Shown here: one piece after another, positions 45,890-56,135 of the stretch
Position numbering within the stretch: the first letter of the stretch is position 1
Layout: each line of letters opens with the position of its first letter
From: an uncultured Bacteroidota bacterium
Lineage (GTDB): Bacteria > Bacteroidota > Bacteroidia > Bacteroidales > GCA-2748055
DNA length: 64,000 bases
Assembly (NCBI GenBank): GCA_937129385.1
Contig: CAKZNC010000197.1
Location: 10,397-74,396 of the forward strand
Reading direction: 5' to 3'
Translations under genes and position numbers: made by a program
Notes under the pieces: generated by a model
Databases searched by the model: none
What the model was told of the DNA's origin: nothing
The model's input: the letters and a program-made list of their open reading frames with translations, nothing else

Positions 45890-46899
45890 TGGTTAAATTC
45901 CTTGTAATCAGATTCAGTTCAATTGGTGATATCGTCCTGACCACTCCCGTGGTGCGCGGACTCAAACAGCAGGTGAAGGATGCACAGGTGCACTTCCTCA
46001 CAAAACCCGCGTTCGTATCGATCCTCCAGGAAAACCCCCATATCGATAAAATTCACAGTTTATCCGGGATTCAGAACGAAACGGTAAACGGATTGAAGCA
46101 GGAGAATTTTGATTATGTGATCGACCTGCAAAACAACCTGAGATCGTTGGACATCAAGCGTTCCCTCAAGAGAATGTACTTCACTGTAAACAAACTGAAT
46201 GTCAGGAAATGGTTGCTGGTCAATCTCAGGATCAACATGTTGCCCGAAAAGCACATTGTTGACCGATACCTTGAAACGACACAATTGTTTGATGTGAAGG
46301 ATGACGGATTGGGTCTTGACTATTTCATCCCGGCGGATGAAGAAGTGACGCCGGATCAGCTCCCGGGAACACACCAGGAGGGATACATTGCAGTGGTGAT
46401 TGGTGCAAACCACCAGACCAAGAAGATGCCACTATCGAAACTTACCGCGCTTTGTGACCGCCTCGAACACCCATCCGTTCTAATTGGAGGACCTGAAGAC
46501 AAGGCGCAAGGTGAGCAGCTGGCAGCATCCCAGCCTGGTAAACCTGTGCTGAATGGATGCGGGTCCTGGAGCATCAACCAGTCAGCCTCGGTCATTCAAA
46601 ACGCAAGTGTTGTAATCACCCACGACACAGGAATGATGCACATCGCCTCAGCATTTCGAAAACCGGTACTTACCATCTGGGGCAATACCGTTCCCGCATT
46701 CGGTATGTATGCATACAAGCCCGGAAGCGGGTCGGATCATTTTGAGGTAGAGGGACTTTCCTGCAGACCCTGTTCAAAGCTTGGAAAACCAGCCTGCCCT
46801 AAAAAACATTTCAGGTGCATGGCAGACCAGGATACCGATAGCATCGCACGGAAAGCCAACGCAATCTTCCGGCAGGGAAACCATTTCACTGCGCAATGA
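45889..46899 (+). CDS. glycosyltransferase family 9 (heptosyltransferase-like)
   Basis: N-terminal KFLVIRFSSIGDIVLTTPVVRGLK and C-terminal ITHDTGMMHIASAF are typical of GT9. Confidence 0.8.
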   Translation: MVKFLVIRFSSIGDIVLTTPVVRGLKQQVKDAQVHFLTKPAFVSILQENPHIDKIHSLSGIQNETVNGLKQENFDYVIDLQNNLRSLDIKRSLKRMYFTVNKLNVRKWLLVNLRINMLPEKHIVDRYLETTQLFDVKDDGLGLDYFIPADEEVTPDQLPGTHQEGYIAVVIGANHQTKKMPLSKLTALCDRLEHPSVLIGGPEDKAQGEQLAASQPGKPVLNGCGSWSINQSASVIQNASVVITHDTGMMHIASAFRKPVLTIWGNTVPAFGMYAYKPGSGSDHFEVEGLSCRPCSKLGKPACPKKHFRCMADQDTDSIARKANAIFRQGNHFTAQ

Positions 46900-47734
46900 A
46901 CTGGTAGGTGATCCTTGCCGTCTGCTCTGAAGGTGCATTGTTGTCGCTGTAAAACCTCGAAACCTGTGCTGCATTTTTTGCTGCTTCTGTAAAGCAATCC
47001 GGATCCATTGAGGATTCAACGCTGATCACCTTAACATTCGATACGGTCCCGTCCCTGCGAACACCCACCTCAACCTTCACCAGGGCAGCGCCTTCGCACT
47101 TGTAAACAGGAATGGACAGTCTGCGTTTTTTCCTGTCAACAGGAGGATCAAGGAATTCATAGGTGATCGTTGTGGGTCCGGTAAAGGGCTCCTCATCATC
47201 AACCCCTGGCGGCGTGTCTGCCGACTCCTCCTCGTAGACATATGTCGAGATGATCTCTTTCCACTTTTCCCTGTTTTCCAGGAATTCTTCGTCTTTTTGA
47301 GATTCCAGATCATCAAGTAGCTGGTTGACATAATCCTCGGTGGAGATCTCGCTGTTGATCCTGTCGTTCACATTCACCGCCCTGTTGCTCGCCTGCTCCC
47401 TGGCCTCAAAAACCTGGTCTATCCATTCCGGAGGGAGTTCAACATTTTCCTCTTCCATCAGATCTTGCAGCGTAACCTCTTCGGTGAAATCCAGCATCAC
47501 ACCCACCTCCTGGTCTTGCTTTAACCCCTCAACCTTCACAAGTACAAGGACAATCGCGATCACAAGGTGAAAGATAATAGTATACAGAACAGACCGGTAA
47601 TTCCTCTGTAAAAACTCCCTGATACTTTTTGGTCCGTATGAAAATAGCTCTGTCACTTCAGCTGCAAAATTATGATCTTCTGTTGAACAAGGAAATATTG
47701 TACATTTACTTAACGAAGATAAGACAAATAACAT
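46886..47734 (-). CDS. TonB-C-domain energy-transducer-like protein, start uncertain
   Basis: One TM helix (LYTIIFHLVIAIVLVLV), an acidic linker, and a C-terminal G.V.V.V.V..DGTV..V.V fold-like segment. Confidence 0.45.
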   Translation of the reverse strand: MLFVLSSLSKCTIFPCSTEDHNFAAEVTELFSYGPKSIREFLQRNYRSVLYTIIFHLVIAIVLVLVKVEGLKQDQEVGVMLDFTEEVTLQDLMEEENVELPPEWIDQVFEAREQASNRAVNVNDRINSEISTEDYVNQLLDDLESQKDEEFLENREKWKEIISTYVYEEESADTPPGVDDEEPFTGPTTITYEFLDPPVDRKKRRLSIPVYKCEGAALVKVEVGVRRDGTVSNVKVISVESSMDPDCFTEAAKNAAQVSRFYSDNNAPSEQTARITYQFIAQ

Positions 47735-47757
47735 TTTTTAAACGAAAACCTGTACCC

Positions 47758-48342
47758 ATGAAAAAAGTCATCGCCATTGCCATGCTTTTTGCCACCCTGA
47801 CAGGCTGCAGTATTTTGTCGGAACTTACAGCACTTGCAAAATGTGAATTCAGCTTCCATTCAGCCCAGGATCCTGTTGTCGCCGGCGTGGATGTCATGAG
47901 GGTGAAGACCTATTCCGATTTGACCTTCATGGATGGTCAGCGGATTGTTTCAAATATAATTCAGCGGAGACTTCCCTTTGGCATCACTGCCAATGTTGAA
48001 GTAAAAAACCCAGGCATGACCACAGCAGCAGTAAATTATATTGAATGGATCGCGTTTATCGATGATGTAAGAATCTCTTCCGGGAAGATCGAGGATCGCA
48101 TTGAGGTCCCTGCCGGGGGTGGAACAAGCATGGTTCCTATCAGGATTGAAACCGACCTCTTTGAATACCTGCAGGGAGATAATCCGAAAACCATGCTCAA
48201 TTTTGCATTGAATTTAGTCGATGCCGGTGGTCAGCCCACACGGCTGAGTATGAAGATCAAACCCTCTGTGTATGTCGGGGGTTCCCTGGTGGCCTATCCC
48301 GACTATTTCACGATAAGCAAGGAGTTCCGATCAGGCAATTAA
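47758..48342 (+). CDS. lipoprotein, LEA_2-like
   Basis: The ATG at 47758 gives the lipobox MKKVIAIAMLFATLTGC. The family call is tentative. Confidence 0.4.
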   Translation: MKKVIAIAMLFATLTGCSILSELTALAKCEFSFHSAQDPVVAGVDVMRVKTYSDLTFMDGQRIVSNIIQRRLPFGITANVEVKNPGMTTAAVNYIEWIAFIDDVRISSGKIEDRIEVPAGGGTSMVPIRIETDLFEYLQGDNPKTMLNFALNLVDAGGQPTRLSMKIKPSVYVGGSLVAYPDYFTISKEFRSGN

Positions 48343-48401
48343 GTCAGGTCGGTATGACCGGGGTATCGCATCCCGTCACAGGTGCTGCCTGCCATGCATT
48401 A

Positions 48402-51329
48402 TTACAGGAATCCGGTAAGAAACAGCATCTCCGGGATAAACTTGCCGGTTTCGGGAAGGTAGCTGACACGCAGGCCCATGGAGAATTCTGTAAAAATCCT
48501 CAGTACATGCAGGTCAAAGAGCAGATCGGCACCTGTTGAGAGGTAATTCCTGTCCTTCAATGATGGAGTCGGCTCATTAATGAGCATATCTCTTCCTTCC
48601 ATATAATCGATCCAGAGATTGGCCCGGATTCGCTTGATGTAAACAACCGGCTCAAGATTCAGGTCGGGATAAAGGATCGGAAAAGAGGTTTCTGCACTGT
48701 AAAATCTCATATCCAGTCCGGCCAGGTTACGGAATCCGCGCGGCAGCTGTATATTATTCCCGAAGAGGAACCGCACAGGGTCCTGCTTCTGAACTGAATA
48801 CCTGAATTTGAAAGATTGGTGTCTGAGCAGTCCGGGCAGATAGATCGTTGCACCGGCACTCTTCATTGTGCCAAAATTATAGGCATCGAAGGGTGCATTC
48901 CTGAACCCTGCAAAAGCTGTGATCCCCAATCGGGGTAAAATATCCAGCCTGCCTTTTCTAAGATATGAACTGGCATAGAACCGGTAACGAAAACGGTGGG
49001 TACCTCTCTGGTAACCCGGGCCGCTCTCTTCCGGAAACAGGTCGGATGAATAATTATACCCGACCAGTGGCTGCATCTGTGTAATGTATTTTCCTGTTGG
49101 CAGCCTGAATGGGACATAGATATTGGACCCGAATGTGAGCCTGCCGGGACTTACATCAACAATGTCCGACGACTCCAATGCATATACCTGCGGCAATCCC
49201 CCATAGTTCAGGCGCAGGTCAACCACAGGGTACCGGCCTTTCAGTACCATCCCGGTATGTAAGAAGTGCATTCCGTCCCGGTATTCATATCCGGCCATTC
49301 CCACCGCAGTACTCAGCAGGTTCTGACTTACAAGGGTGAGCCCGGGACTTATCGGTAGCGTTTCAGGAGAAAGTGCTGATTCAGGATCTAGGTAATCAAA
49401 ATAGAGGGGAATCCAGGAGTGGATATTGATAAGATTCAATAATTTCCGGTAGGGTTTTGGTTCGTATGTTCCCCGGGGCATCTCGAAGGCACCTTCAACG
49501 ATGCTTCTCTCCTCGGGTGTTGGTTCAGCATCAAGTTGCTCTGTGTGTGTCGTCTCATCGCTTACGACCTGCAGATCCATTGAATCTACATTCACTGATG
49601 CCAACCTGTAACCATCTGCGTGGTAATCAGAAAATAACAGGCGGCCTGACTCATCGGTCGGTGCCGGGTCAAATGCACCGAATTTCGCTGCTGTGACTTT
49701 CTCCATTGTCTCGTCCACCGTGTTGAATCGGTAGATGTCATTGATCCCTCCAAAAGTTCCGCTGAAATAGATCCCGTCTTTGCTTGCAGAGGGAAAGAGA
49801 ATGTCGTCATACCCGGAATGAAACAACATATGCCACTGTCGGTTCTCAAGTGACCATGCATAAAGAAATTTGCCTTTGTCACCGTTTGCAACCACCATCA
49901 CGGCACTGTCCTGCTCCATCCATGCAGCATGCTGTATGAACATGTTTCCAGGGGAACGCACTGCCTCTTTCAGGTTTCCTTCAGTATCGAGGATGACAAG
50001 TCGAAAAGAATGATCGGTCCCTTGTTCGGTGGCTGCGATCATCTCTCCATCGCTGGAAATTGCGGGGGCATAATACCTGGTCCGCTTCCCCAGGTAGCTC
50101 ACCTTCCCGTTTTCCAGTTGCATGATACGGAGCACTGAATAATTCCGGTTGCTCCAACGGAGGTCCGGCACCCATTCATCCCACACTAGCTTCCCGTTGC
50201 CATAGCTGAACCTCCCCGAATTCAAAATTCCCGGACGGAACAGGCGTTTTTCAGTACCATCATTCCCTACCTGTACCAGTTCCGGAAGTTGGTCGATCCC
50301 GTTTTTCAGGGCGATGACCGTCGAATCGTCAATCCGGTGCGGGAATCGATAATTTGTATAGAACCGTTTGTCCTCCGTGGTGATCTGTTCCGTTTCATTA
50401 ACCGCTCTCTCCCCGAGTGAATGTTCCCAGTGATTGCCGTACAGCTCCATGGTCGACCTGTAAAGGGCAAGTTTCGACCTGACCCCGTACTTCTTCATAC
50501 TGAAATAGGTAGGGACGATCAGGTAGGGCCGCCTGGCCGCATAATCCTCCATGTCGGTCCAGAATTCATCTCCATAGGTGCGCCTTCCATACCTGACCAT
50601 CAGGTAACCCAGTTCATAATGATTGGGGATGTGATCCTTATAGGATCCCAGGAGCGCTTTGGAGAAGTGGTAGGGTTTTTCATTTTCCAACAGGATCGCC
50701 TTCATTCCCATCTCAAATTCAGGAAGCCTTCCCCTGCCACTATAGGTAAACCGTGTCTCAGCATCCACTGCATCACCTTCAAGATACCACATGGGGAGGA
50801 ATCCTGTAAATGCACCCACAGCCTGTTCTCCGGCAATCACCGAAAGCGCCCTGGCAAATCCCTGGTTGAGCTTTGAGACCTGGAAAGCATGCCTGCCCTC
50901 GTGGAGTGCAAGCTCCGTCATCCAGTCCTGCGGGTACCCGTTTGGATCGGGGTTGGTAAAAACCTCCAGCCTCTTCGGTGCCCAGACAAAAACACCATTG
51001 GAAAAACTGGATTCATTATGGAATATCACCGGTATTTTTTTATGCTCATGTTCCATCACCCTGGCCTGATAAGGATAGTAGTATTCAAGTTTATCGGCAA
51101 AGTCCATGGCCAGGCTGTCCATCCCCACCGGGTATATCACACGGTAATGGTCAGATGAAAAATGACTCCACCGGATGGTTCCCCGGTCCTGGCCATACTC
51201 ATAAAACTGCGCATTTATTACCTGTGAAAAAAACATGAGGAAGAAGAGCAGGAGAAGGCGGATGGCCGGGAATCGACTGTTCAAACCGGTAATGTTATGC
51301 AGAGGGGGCAAACGCAACCCCGAAACCAT
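48402..51329 (-). CDS. large secreted protein with an HExxH motif, TolB-like beta-propeller repeats and a beta-rich C-terminus
   Basis: The start at 51329 gives the signal ..IRLLLLFFLMFFSQVINAQ. Has LALHEGRHAFQ and PD40-like repeats (ISSDGEMIA, ASKDGIYFS, GRLLFSDY). Confidence 0.45.
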   Translation of the reverse strand: MVSGLRLPPLHNITGLNSRFPAIRLLLLFFLMFFSQVINAQFYEYGQDRGTIRWSHFSSDHYRVIYPVGMDSLAMDFADKLEYYYPYQARVMEHEHKKIPVIFHNESSFSNGVFVWAPKRLEVFTNPDPNGYPQDWMTELALHEGRHAFQVSKLNQGFARALSVIAGEQAVGAFTGFLPMWYLEGDAVDAETRFTYSGRGRLPEFEMGMKAILLENEKPYHFSKALLGSYKDHIPNHYELGYLMVRYGRRTYGDEFWTDMEDYAARRPYLIVPTYFSMKKYGVRSKLALYRSTMELYGNHWEHSLGERAVNETEQITTEDKRFYTNYRFPHRIDDSTVIALKNGIDQLPELVQVGNDGTEKRLFRPGILNSGRFSYGNGKLVWDEWVPDLRWSNRNYSVLRIMQLENGKVSYLGKRTRYYAPAISSDGEMIAATEQGTDHSFRLVILDTEGNLKEAVRSPGNMFIQHAAWMEQDSAVMVVANGDKGKFLYAWSLENRQWHMLFHSGYDDILFPSASKDGIYFSGTFGGINDIYRFNTVDETMEKVTAAKFGAFDPAPTDESGRLLFSDYHADGYRLASVNVDSMDLQVVSDETTHTEQLDAEPTPEERSIVEGAFEMPRGTYEPKPYRKLLNLINIHSWIPLYFDYLDPESALSPETLPISPGLTLVSQNLLSTAVGMAGYEYRDGMHFLHTGMVLKGRYPVVDLRLNYGGLPQVYALESSDIVDVSPGRLTFGSNIYVPFRLPTGKYITQMQPLVGYNYSSDLFPEESGPGYQRGTHRFRYRFYASSYLRKGRLDILPRLGITAFAGFRNAPFDAYNFGTMKSAGATIYLPGLLRHQSFKFRYSVQKQDPVRFLFGNNIQLPRGFRNLAGLDMRFYSAETSFPILYPDLNLEPVVYIKRIRANLWIDYMEGRDMLINEPTPSLKDRNYLSTGADLLFDLHVLRIFTEFSMGLRVSYLPETGKFIPEMLFLTGFL

Positions 51330-51645
51330 TTCCGCGGAGAAATACAAAGGCTCTTTTTCGTACATCCCTTTGAAGGATGACATCATACATGTGTGTGGAT
51401 CCACAGGTCCTGCACGCTCTTGATAATTCCTGCTCAATTTTGATCAAATCTATTCGTTTACCAACAAATCCCGTTATGGTCGTTACCGGGGCTCCATCGA
51501 TTTTCCGCTTGTTCAGCGAAATAACAAGCCGCTGCTCTTCTGGTTTCAAAGTCTCAGGTTCGTGAATGTTGGCATATTCATACTCAAATTCCGGATGCGT
51601 GGTATAGATCGCTTCATCGGGAACCGACAGACGTTTATTCACCAT
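51295..51645 (-). CDS. yciH: SUI1/YciH-family translation initiation factor-like protein
   Basis: The internal Met at 51645 gives 116 aa. VTTITGFVG....LIKIEQELSRAC..CG.......VILQRDVRKRAFVFL matches the SUI1 pattern. Confidence 0.65.
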   Translation of the reverse strand: MVNKRLSVPDEAIYTTHPEFEYEYANIHEPETLKPEEQRLVISLNKRKIDGAPVTTITGFVGKRIDLIKIEQELSRACRTCGSTHMYDVILQRDVRKRAFVFLRGNGFGVAFAPSA

Positions 51646-51939
51646 GACAGTTCGGTTGGTAGAAAGGCAAATATATGTCACTCCGGGCAATCTGTCAATT
51701 ATTTTACCCGTTTTCCTCCGGGCCAGTCTTCCACCTGGAAGGGATTGGGGTCTGTATCTCAAGTGATCAGGGCCTTCGGGAACCCCTGCAGATCATCGAC
51801 CAGGACCATTCAGCAGGCAGTCTCCGGCACCGGGTCTGCCTGCAGTATACCCGGGAAAACATTCAGTTGGGAGGGATGTGTGGATAGAACATAAAAAAAC
51901 CTTAAATTCGAATCCTTGAAATCAATTTTCCCGTACCGC

Positions 51940-54900
51940 ATGAATAATTTCAGAAAATATAATCTCATACTGGGCTGGTTCAGCTTCCTGGTTGCCCTTG
52001 TAGTTTACCTTTTAACCATCGAACCATCGGTGAGTTTATGGGACTGTGGTGAATTTATTGCCAGTTCCTATAAACTACAGGTCGGACATCCTCCCGGGGC
52101 ACCGCTCTATATGATCCTTGGAAGATTTTTTGCCTTGTTTGCCTCGGATCCTGCAAATGTGGCGAAAATGTACAATGCAGTCTCTGCCGCCAGCAGCGCA
52201 TTCACCATCCTGTTCTTGTACTGGACCATCTCCCACCTGCTCAGGAAGATCTTTATCAAAAGCGAAGAGGACCACAACATCACCAACTATATCCTCGTGA
52301 TGGGAAGTGCACTGGTCGGTGCCATGGCCTATACTTTTTCAGATACCTTTTGGTTCTCAGCGGTGGAGGCTGAAGTTTACGCCACCTCCTCGCTGTTTAC
52401 CGCAGTGGTATTCTGGGCGATACTCAAGTGGGAAAACATTGCGGATGACCGGAACGCCAATCGCTGGCTGATCCTGATCGCTTACCTGATCGGTCTTTCA
52501 ATCGGGGTACACCTGCTCAACCTGCTTGCCATCCCTGCCATCGTACTGGTCTACTATTTCAGGAAATACGAGGTGAACCGTAACGGGCTGATCAAGGCGA
52601 TCCTTGTGGCGGTTGCCATCCTTGGATCGATCATGTACATCATCATCCCGGGACTGGTCCAGGTTGGGACCTGGTTTGAACTTATTTTCACCAATACATT
52701 CGGATTACACTACAATACAGGGTTTGTCCTGTACGTCCTGATCCTGATCGGGGTGCTGGTCTTTGGAATTTACAGGACGCAGTTTAAAAAGAAAAATGTT
52801 CTGCTGAACACTATCCTTGTAAGTGTGACAGTGATCATCATTGGATATTCCTCCTATGCAATGATCATCATCCGCTCCACAGCACAGCCCCCGATGAATG
52901 AGAACAGGCCTGACAACGCCTTTGCGCTGCTCTCTTACCTCAACCGGGAACAATACGGAGACCGCCCCCTGGTGACCGGGAACCAATACAATGCTGAATT
53001 TGAATCGGTGGATTACAAAAAGCCGGTCTATACCCTGAACAAGGAGGAGAACCGTTATGAGGTTGTATCACGGAAACCGGTGATCACCTATAAACAGGGC
53101 AAGATCCTCTTCCCGAGGATGTACAGCCGCAATGCGCAGCACAAGCAGGCCTATATTCAGTATGGATCCATCAAGGACCCGAAGAATCCAACCTACCTTG
53201 ACAACATTGAATTCTTTCTCAGCTACCAGCTCGGACACATGTACTTCCGCTATTTCATGTGGAATTTCGTGGGACGTCAGAATGATGTCCAGAGCCATGG
53301 CGGGATCCTGGATGGACGGGTGGTAAGCGGTATCAAGGGAATCGATGAGATTTGGCTGGGAAACCAGGACAAGCTCACCGATGATATGCTGAACCACCCT
53401 GCACGAAATACCTATTATTTCCTTCCGCTCATCCTGGGATTGATCGGGATGTTCTTCCACCTGAAGAGACACCTGAAAGATTTCTGGATCATCATGTTCC
53501 TCTTTATTTTAACCGGGATCGCCATCGTGGTGTACCTGAACCAATCGCCCTTCCAGCCGAGGGAGAGGGACTATGCCTATGCCGGATCATTTTATGCATT
53601 CTCGATCTGGATCGGGATGGGTGTGGCCGGACTGGCCGCCTTCCTGCACCGGTGGATGTCGATGCGACTGGCCGCCATATTCAGCTTTGTCATTTCCTTG
53701 CTGGGAGCACCGATCCTGATGGGCGCCCAAAACTGGGACGACCACGACCGTTCCGGAAGGTATGTCGCAAGGGATATCGCCAGGAATTACCTGGAATCCT
53801 GTGACAAGGATGCGATCCTCTATACTGTCGGGGACAATGATACATTCCCGCTGTGGTATGCCCAGGAGGTGGAAGGGATCCGGACCGATGTCAGGGTTGT
53901 AAACATGATGCTCTTCAATACGGAATGGCACATTGACCAGATGAAGATGAAGGCATATGAGTCAGAGCCGTTGCCCATTTCCCTGCCCAACGCAAAATAC
54001 CGTGAAGGGATAAATAACTCCCTGCTGGTAAGGGAAAATGAACGTTGGGCTACGCTTGACTACATCGCCAATTTCATAAGGAGTGATGATCCGCGATCAA
54101 AGCTTCCGCTCAGGAACGGGGATAAGGTTGACTTTATTCCCACACCAAATCTTGTGCTGCAGGTGGATTCTGCAACAGTTGTTGACAATGGGATCGTTGC
54201 CCCGTACGATGCCGACAAGATCGTCGAAGATGTTCGCTTTCAGCTCACGCCCAACAGCCAGATCCTCAAGGGCAACATGGCACAGCTGGATATCTTTGCG
54301 CAGAACGACTGGAAGCGTCCGATCTATTTCACAGCGGGTGGTTTTGACGGCAGCATGGGACTTGAACCCTATTACCAGCTGGACGGTATGGCTTACAAGG
54401 TAGTCCCGATCCGCACCCCCCAGGAAAGCATCCTGGTAATGGGCCGTATCGACCCGTTAAAAGCATATGATATCGTGATGAACAAGTTCACCTGGGGAAG
54501 AATGAACGAACCCGATGTACATATGGATTATTACTCCATTCGTACCCTCTCGGTAATCAGGTTCAGAAATCTGCATGTTCGCCTTGCAATGGAACTGCTT
54601 GGCATCGGTGAACAGGAGAAGGCCATCGAGGTACTTGACCGTTGTATGGAGCTGGCGCCGCATTCCGTATTGCCATACGACCAGTTTATCGGCGGACTGA
54701 CCTTCCCGCAGCAAAACAAGACCATTCACCACGAGGGAATCATCGAAGCGTATTACCTGTGCGGAGAGACGGAGAAGGCAAATGACTTGTTGAGGGACTA
54801 TTTTGAGATCCTCAACCAGCGATACATCTATTTCCAGTCTCTGAAACCAAAAAGGGTGAACCAGGTGGAGCAGGACCGGTATGAGACCATGGCCCAGCTG

Positions 54901-54966
54901 AATGAGTTGAGAACCCTGGCCACGAACTATGAACAGGATGATCTGCTGCTGGAACTGAACCTGTAG
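51940..54966 (+). CDS. DUF2723 family membrane protein (PMT-like putative glycosyltransferase)
   Basis: The N-terminus YLLTIEPSVSLWDCGEFIASSYKLQVGHPPGAPLY is the DUF2723 signature. More than 10 TM helices. Confidence 0.8.
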   Translation: MNNFRKYNLILGWFSFLVALVVYLLTIEPSVSLWDCGEFIASSYKLQVGHPPGAPLYMILGRFFALFASDPANVAKMYNAVSAASSAFTILFLYWTISHLLRKIFIKSEEDHNITNYILVMGSALVGAMAYTFSDTFWFSAVEAEVYATSSLFTAVVFWAILKWENIADDRNANRWLILIAYLIGLSIGVHLLNLLAIPAIVLVYYFRKYEVNRNGLIKAILVAVAILGSIMYIIIPGLVQVGTWFELIFTNTFGLHYNTGFVLYVLILIGVLVFGIYRTQFKKKNVLLNTILVSVTVIIIGYSSYAMIIIRSTAQPPMNENRPDNAFALLSYLNREQYGDRPLVTGNQYNAEFESVDYKKPVYTLNKEENRYEVVSRKPVITYKQGKILFPRMYSRNAQHKQAYIQYGSIKDPKNPTYLDNIEFFLSYQLGHMYFRYFMWNFVGRQNDVQSHGGILDGRVVSGIKGIDEIWLGNQDKLTDDMLNHPARNTYYFLPLILGLIGMFFHLKRHLKDFWIIMFLFILTGIAIVVYLNQSPFQPRERDYAYAGSFYAFSIWIGMGVAGLAAFLHRWMSMRLAAIFSFVISLLGAPILMGAQNWDDHDRSGRYVARDIARNYLESCDKDAILYTVGDNDTFPLWYAQEVEGIRTDVRVVNMMLFNTEWHIDQMKMKAYESEPLPISLPNAKYREGINNSLLVRENERWATLDYIANFIRSDDPRSKLPLRNGDKVDFIPTPNLVLQVDSATVVDNGIVAPYDADKIVEDVRFQLTPNSQILKGNMAQLDIFAQNDWKRPIYFTAGGFDGSMGLEPYYQLDGMAYKVVPIRTPQESILVMGRIDPLKAYDIVMNKFTWGRMNEPDVHMDYYSIRTLSVIRFRNLHVRLAMELLGIGEQEKAIEVLDRCMELAPHSVLPYDQFIGGLTFPQQNKTIHHEGIIEAYYLCGETEKANDLLRDYFEILNQRYIYFQSLKPKRVNQVEQDRYETMAQLNELRTLATNYEQDDLLLELNL

Positions 54967-55941
54967 TTATTTCTTCCGCTCCATCAGTGACTCGGCAAAT
55001 GCAAAGAGCTCGGTCTTTCGCTCTGCCGGGGTGTTCAGTTTTTTCAGGTTTTCAAGGGCAGCCTGGTAATAGCTGTTGATCATTCTTTCGACTTTTTCTT
55101 TTACATGAAGCGCATCAAAGATCCTGATGACCGCATCCACCTTCTCTTCGGGATCAAAATCACTTGCTGTGAGCCATTTTTTCAGTGCTTCGCTTTGTTC
55201 CGGTCCGGCCGCTTTCAGTGCAGTGATCATGAGGATGGTTTTTTTATTGTCGACAATGTCCATCCCGGGTTTTTTACCAAAGATCTCGGGGTCGCCGTAA
55301 GCGTCCAGCAGGTCGTCCTGCAGCTGAAAAGCAAGGCCCAGGTCACGTCCAAAATCATAGAGGTGCACTGCATCGGTCTCTGACGAGCCTCCCAGCATGG
55401 CCCCGATCTTCAGGCTCGCTGCAATCAACACTGCGGTTTTCAATTCGATCATCCGCAGGTATTCCTTTTCTTCGACCATGAGGACTTTTTCATAATTCAT
55501 GTCGAGTTGTTGTCCTTCACATACCTGGATCGCGGTGCGTGTAAAGACATTGTGCACATTGCGGAGGACTGCACCCGGGGCTTCATTCATAAAGCTGCTG
55601 GCGAGAATGGACATTGCGTCTCCGGACAGGATTGCAACGTTTTCATTCCACTTCACGTGGACGGTCTCTCTACCGCGACGAATTTCCGAGCGATCCATGA
55701 TGTCATCATGCAGCAACGTGAAGTTGTGGAAGATCTCGATGGCTGTTGCCGGATGAAGGGCCGAATCCACGGATCCTGCAAACATATCGCAGGACAGCAA
55801 CACGAGGGCGGGACGAATTCTTTTTCCGCCCGTGGAAAGGATGTATCTCACCGGGTCATACAAATCGGCCGGTTCCTCCGGGAATTTAATGTTTTCCAGG
55901 TGCTTTTCAATGAGCTTCTGTGCTTCTGTTAAGGTATACAT
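54967..55941 (-). CDS. polyprenyl diphosphate synthase
   Basis: First and second Asp-rich motifs LLHDDIMD and FQLQDDLLD. Confidence 0.85.
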   Translation of the reverse strand: MYTLTEAQKLIEKHLENIKFPEEPADLYDPVRYILSTGGKRIRPALVLLSCDMFAGSVDSALHPATAIEIFHNFTLLHDDIMDRSEIRRGRETVHVKWNENVAILSGDAMSILASSFMNEAPGAVLRNVHNVFTRTAIQVCEGQQLDMNYEKVLMVEEKEYLRMIELKTAVLIAASLKIGAMLGGSSETDAVHLYDFGRDLGLAFQLQDDLLDAYGDPEIFGKKPGMDIVDNKKTILMITALKAAGPEQSEALKKWLTASDFDPEEKVDAVIRIFDALHVKEKVERMINSYYQAALENLKKLNTPAERKTELFAFAESLMERKK

Positions 55942-56117
55942 GGTCTGTTTATTGAATGAACTTCCGGCAGGTGCCGGTTGAGGTATCTAAGGTAATCTCA
56001 TTTTTAGCTTGTACCAAGAATTAAGATGTGTTTTTCTGTGCGCATACCGAACTTTGGCACACCTGTTGTCGTTCTAAATTGAAATCACCTCCGTGAAGGT
56101 TATTGTCTTATTATGAT

Positions 56118-56125
56118 TAAATTTG
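56118..56125 (+). promoter_or_regulatory. candidate -7 promoter element TAAATTTG
   Basis: Matches TAnnTTTG, 10 nt before the ATG at 56136. Confidence 0.25.
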
Positions 56126-56135
56126 CAACTTCAAT

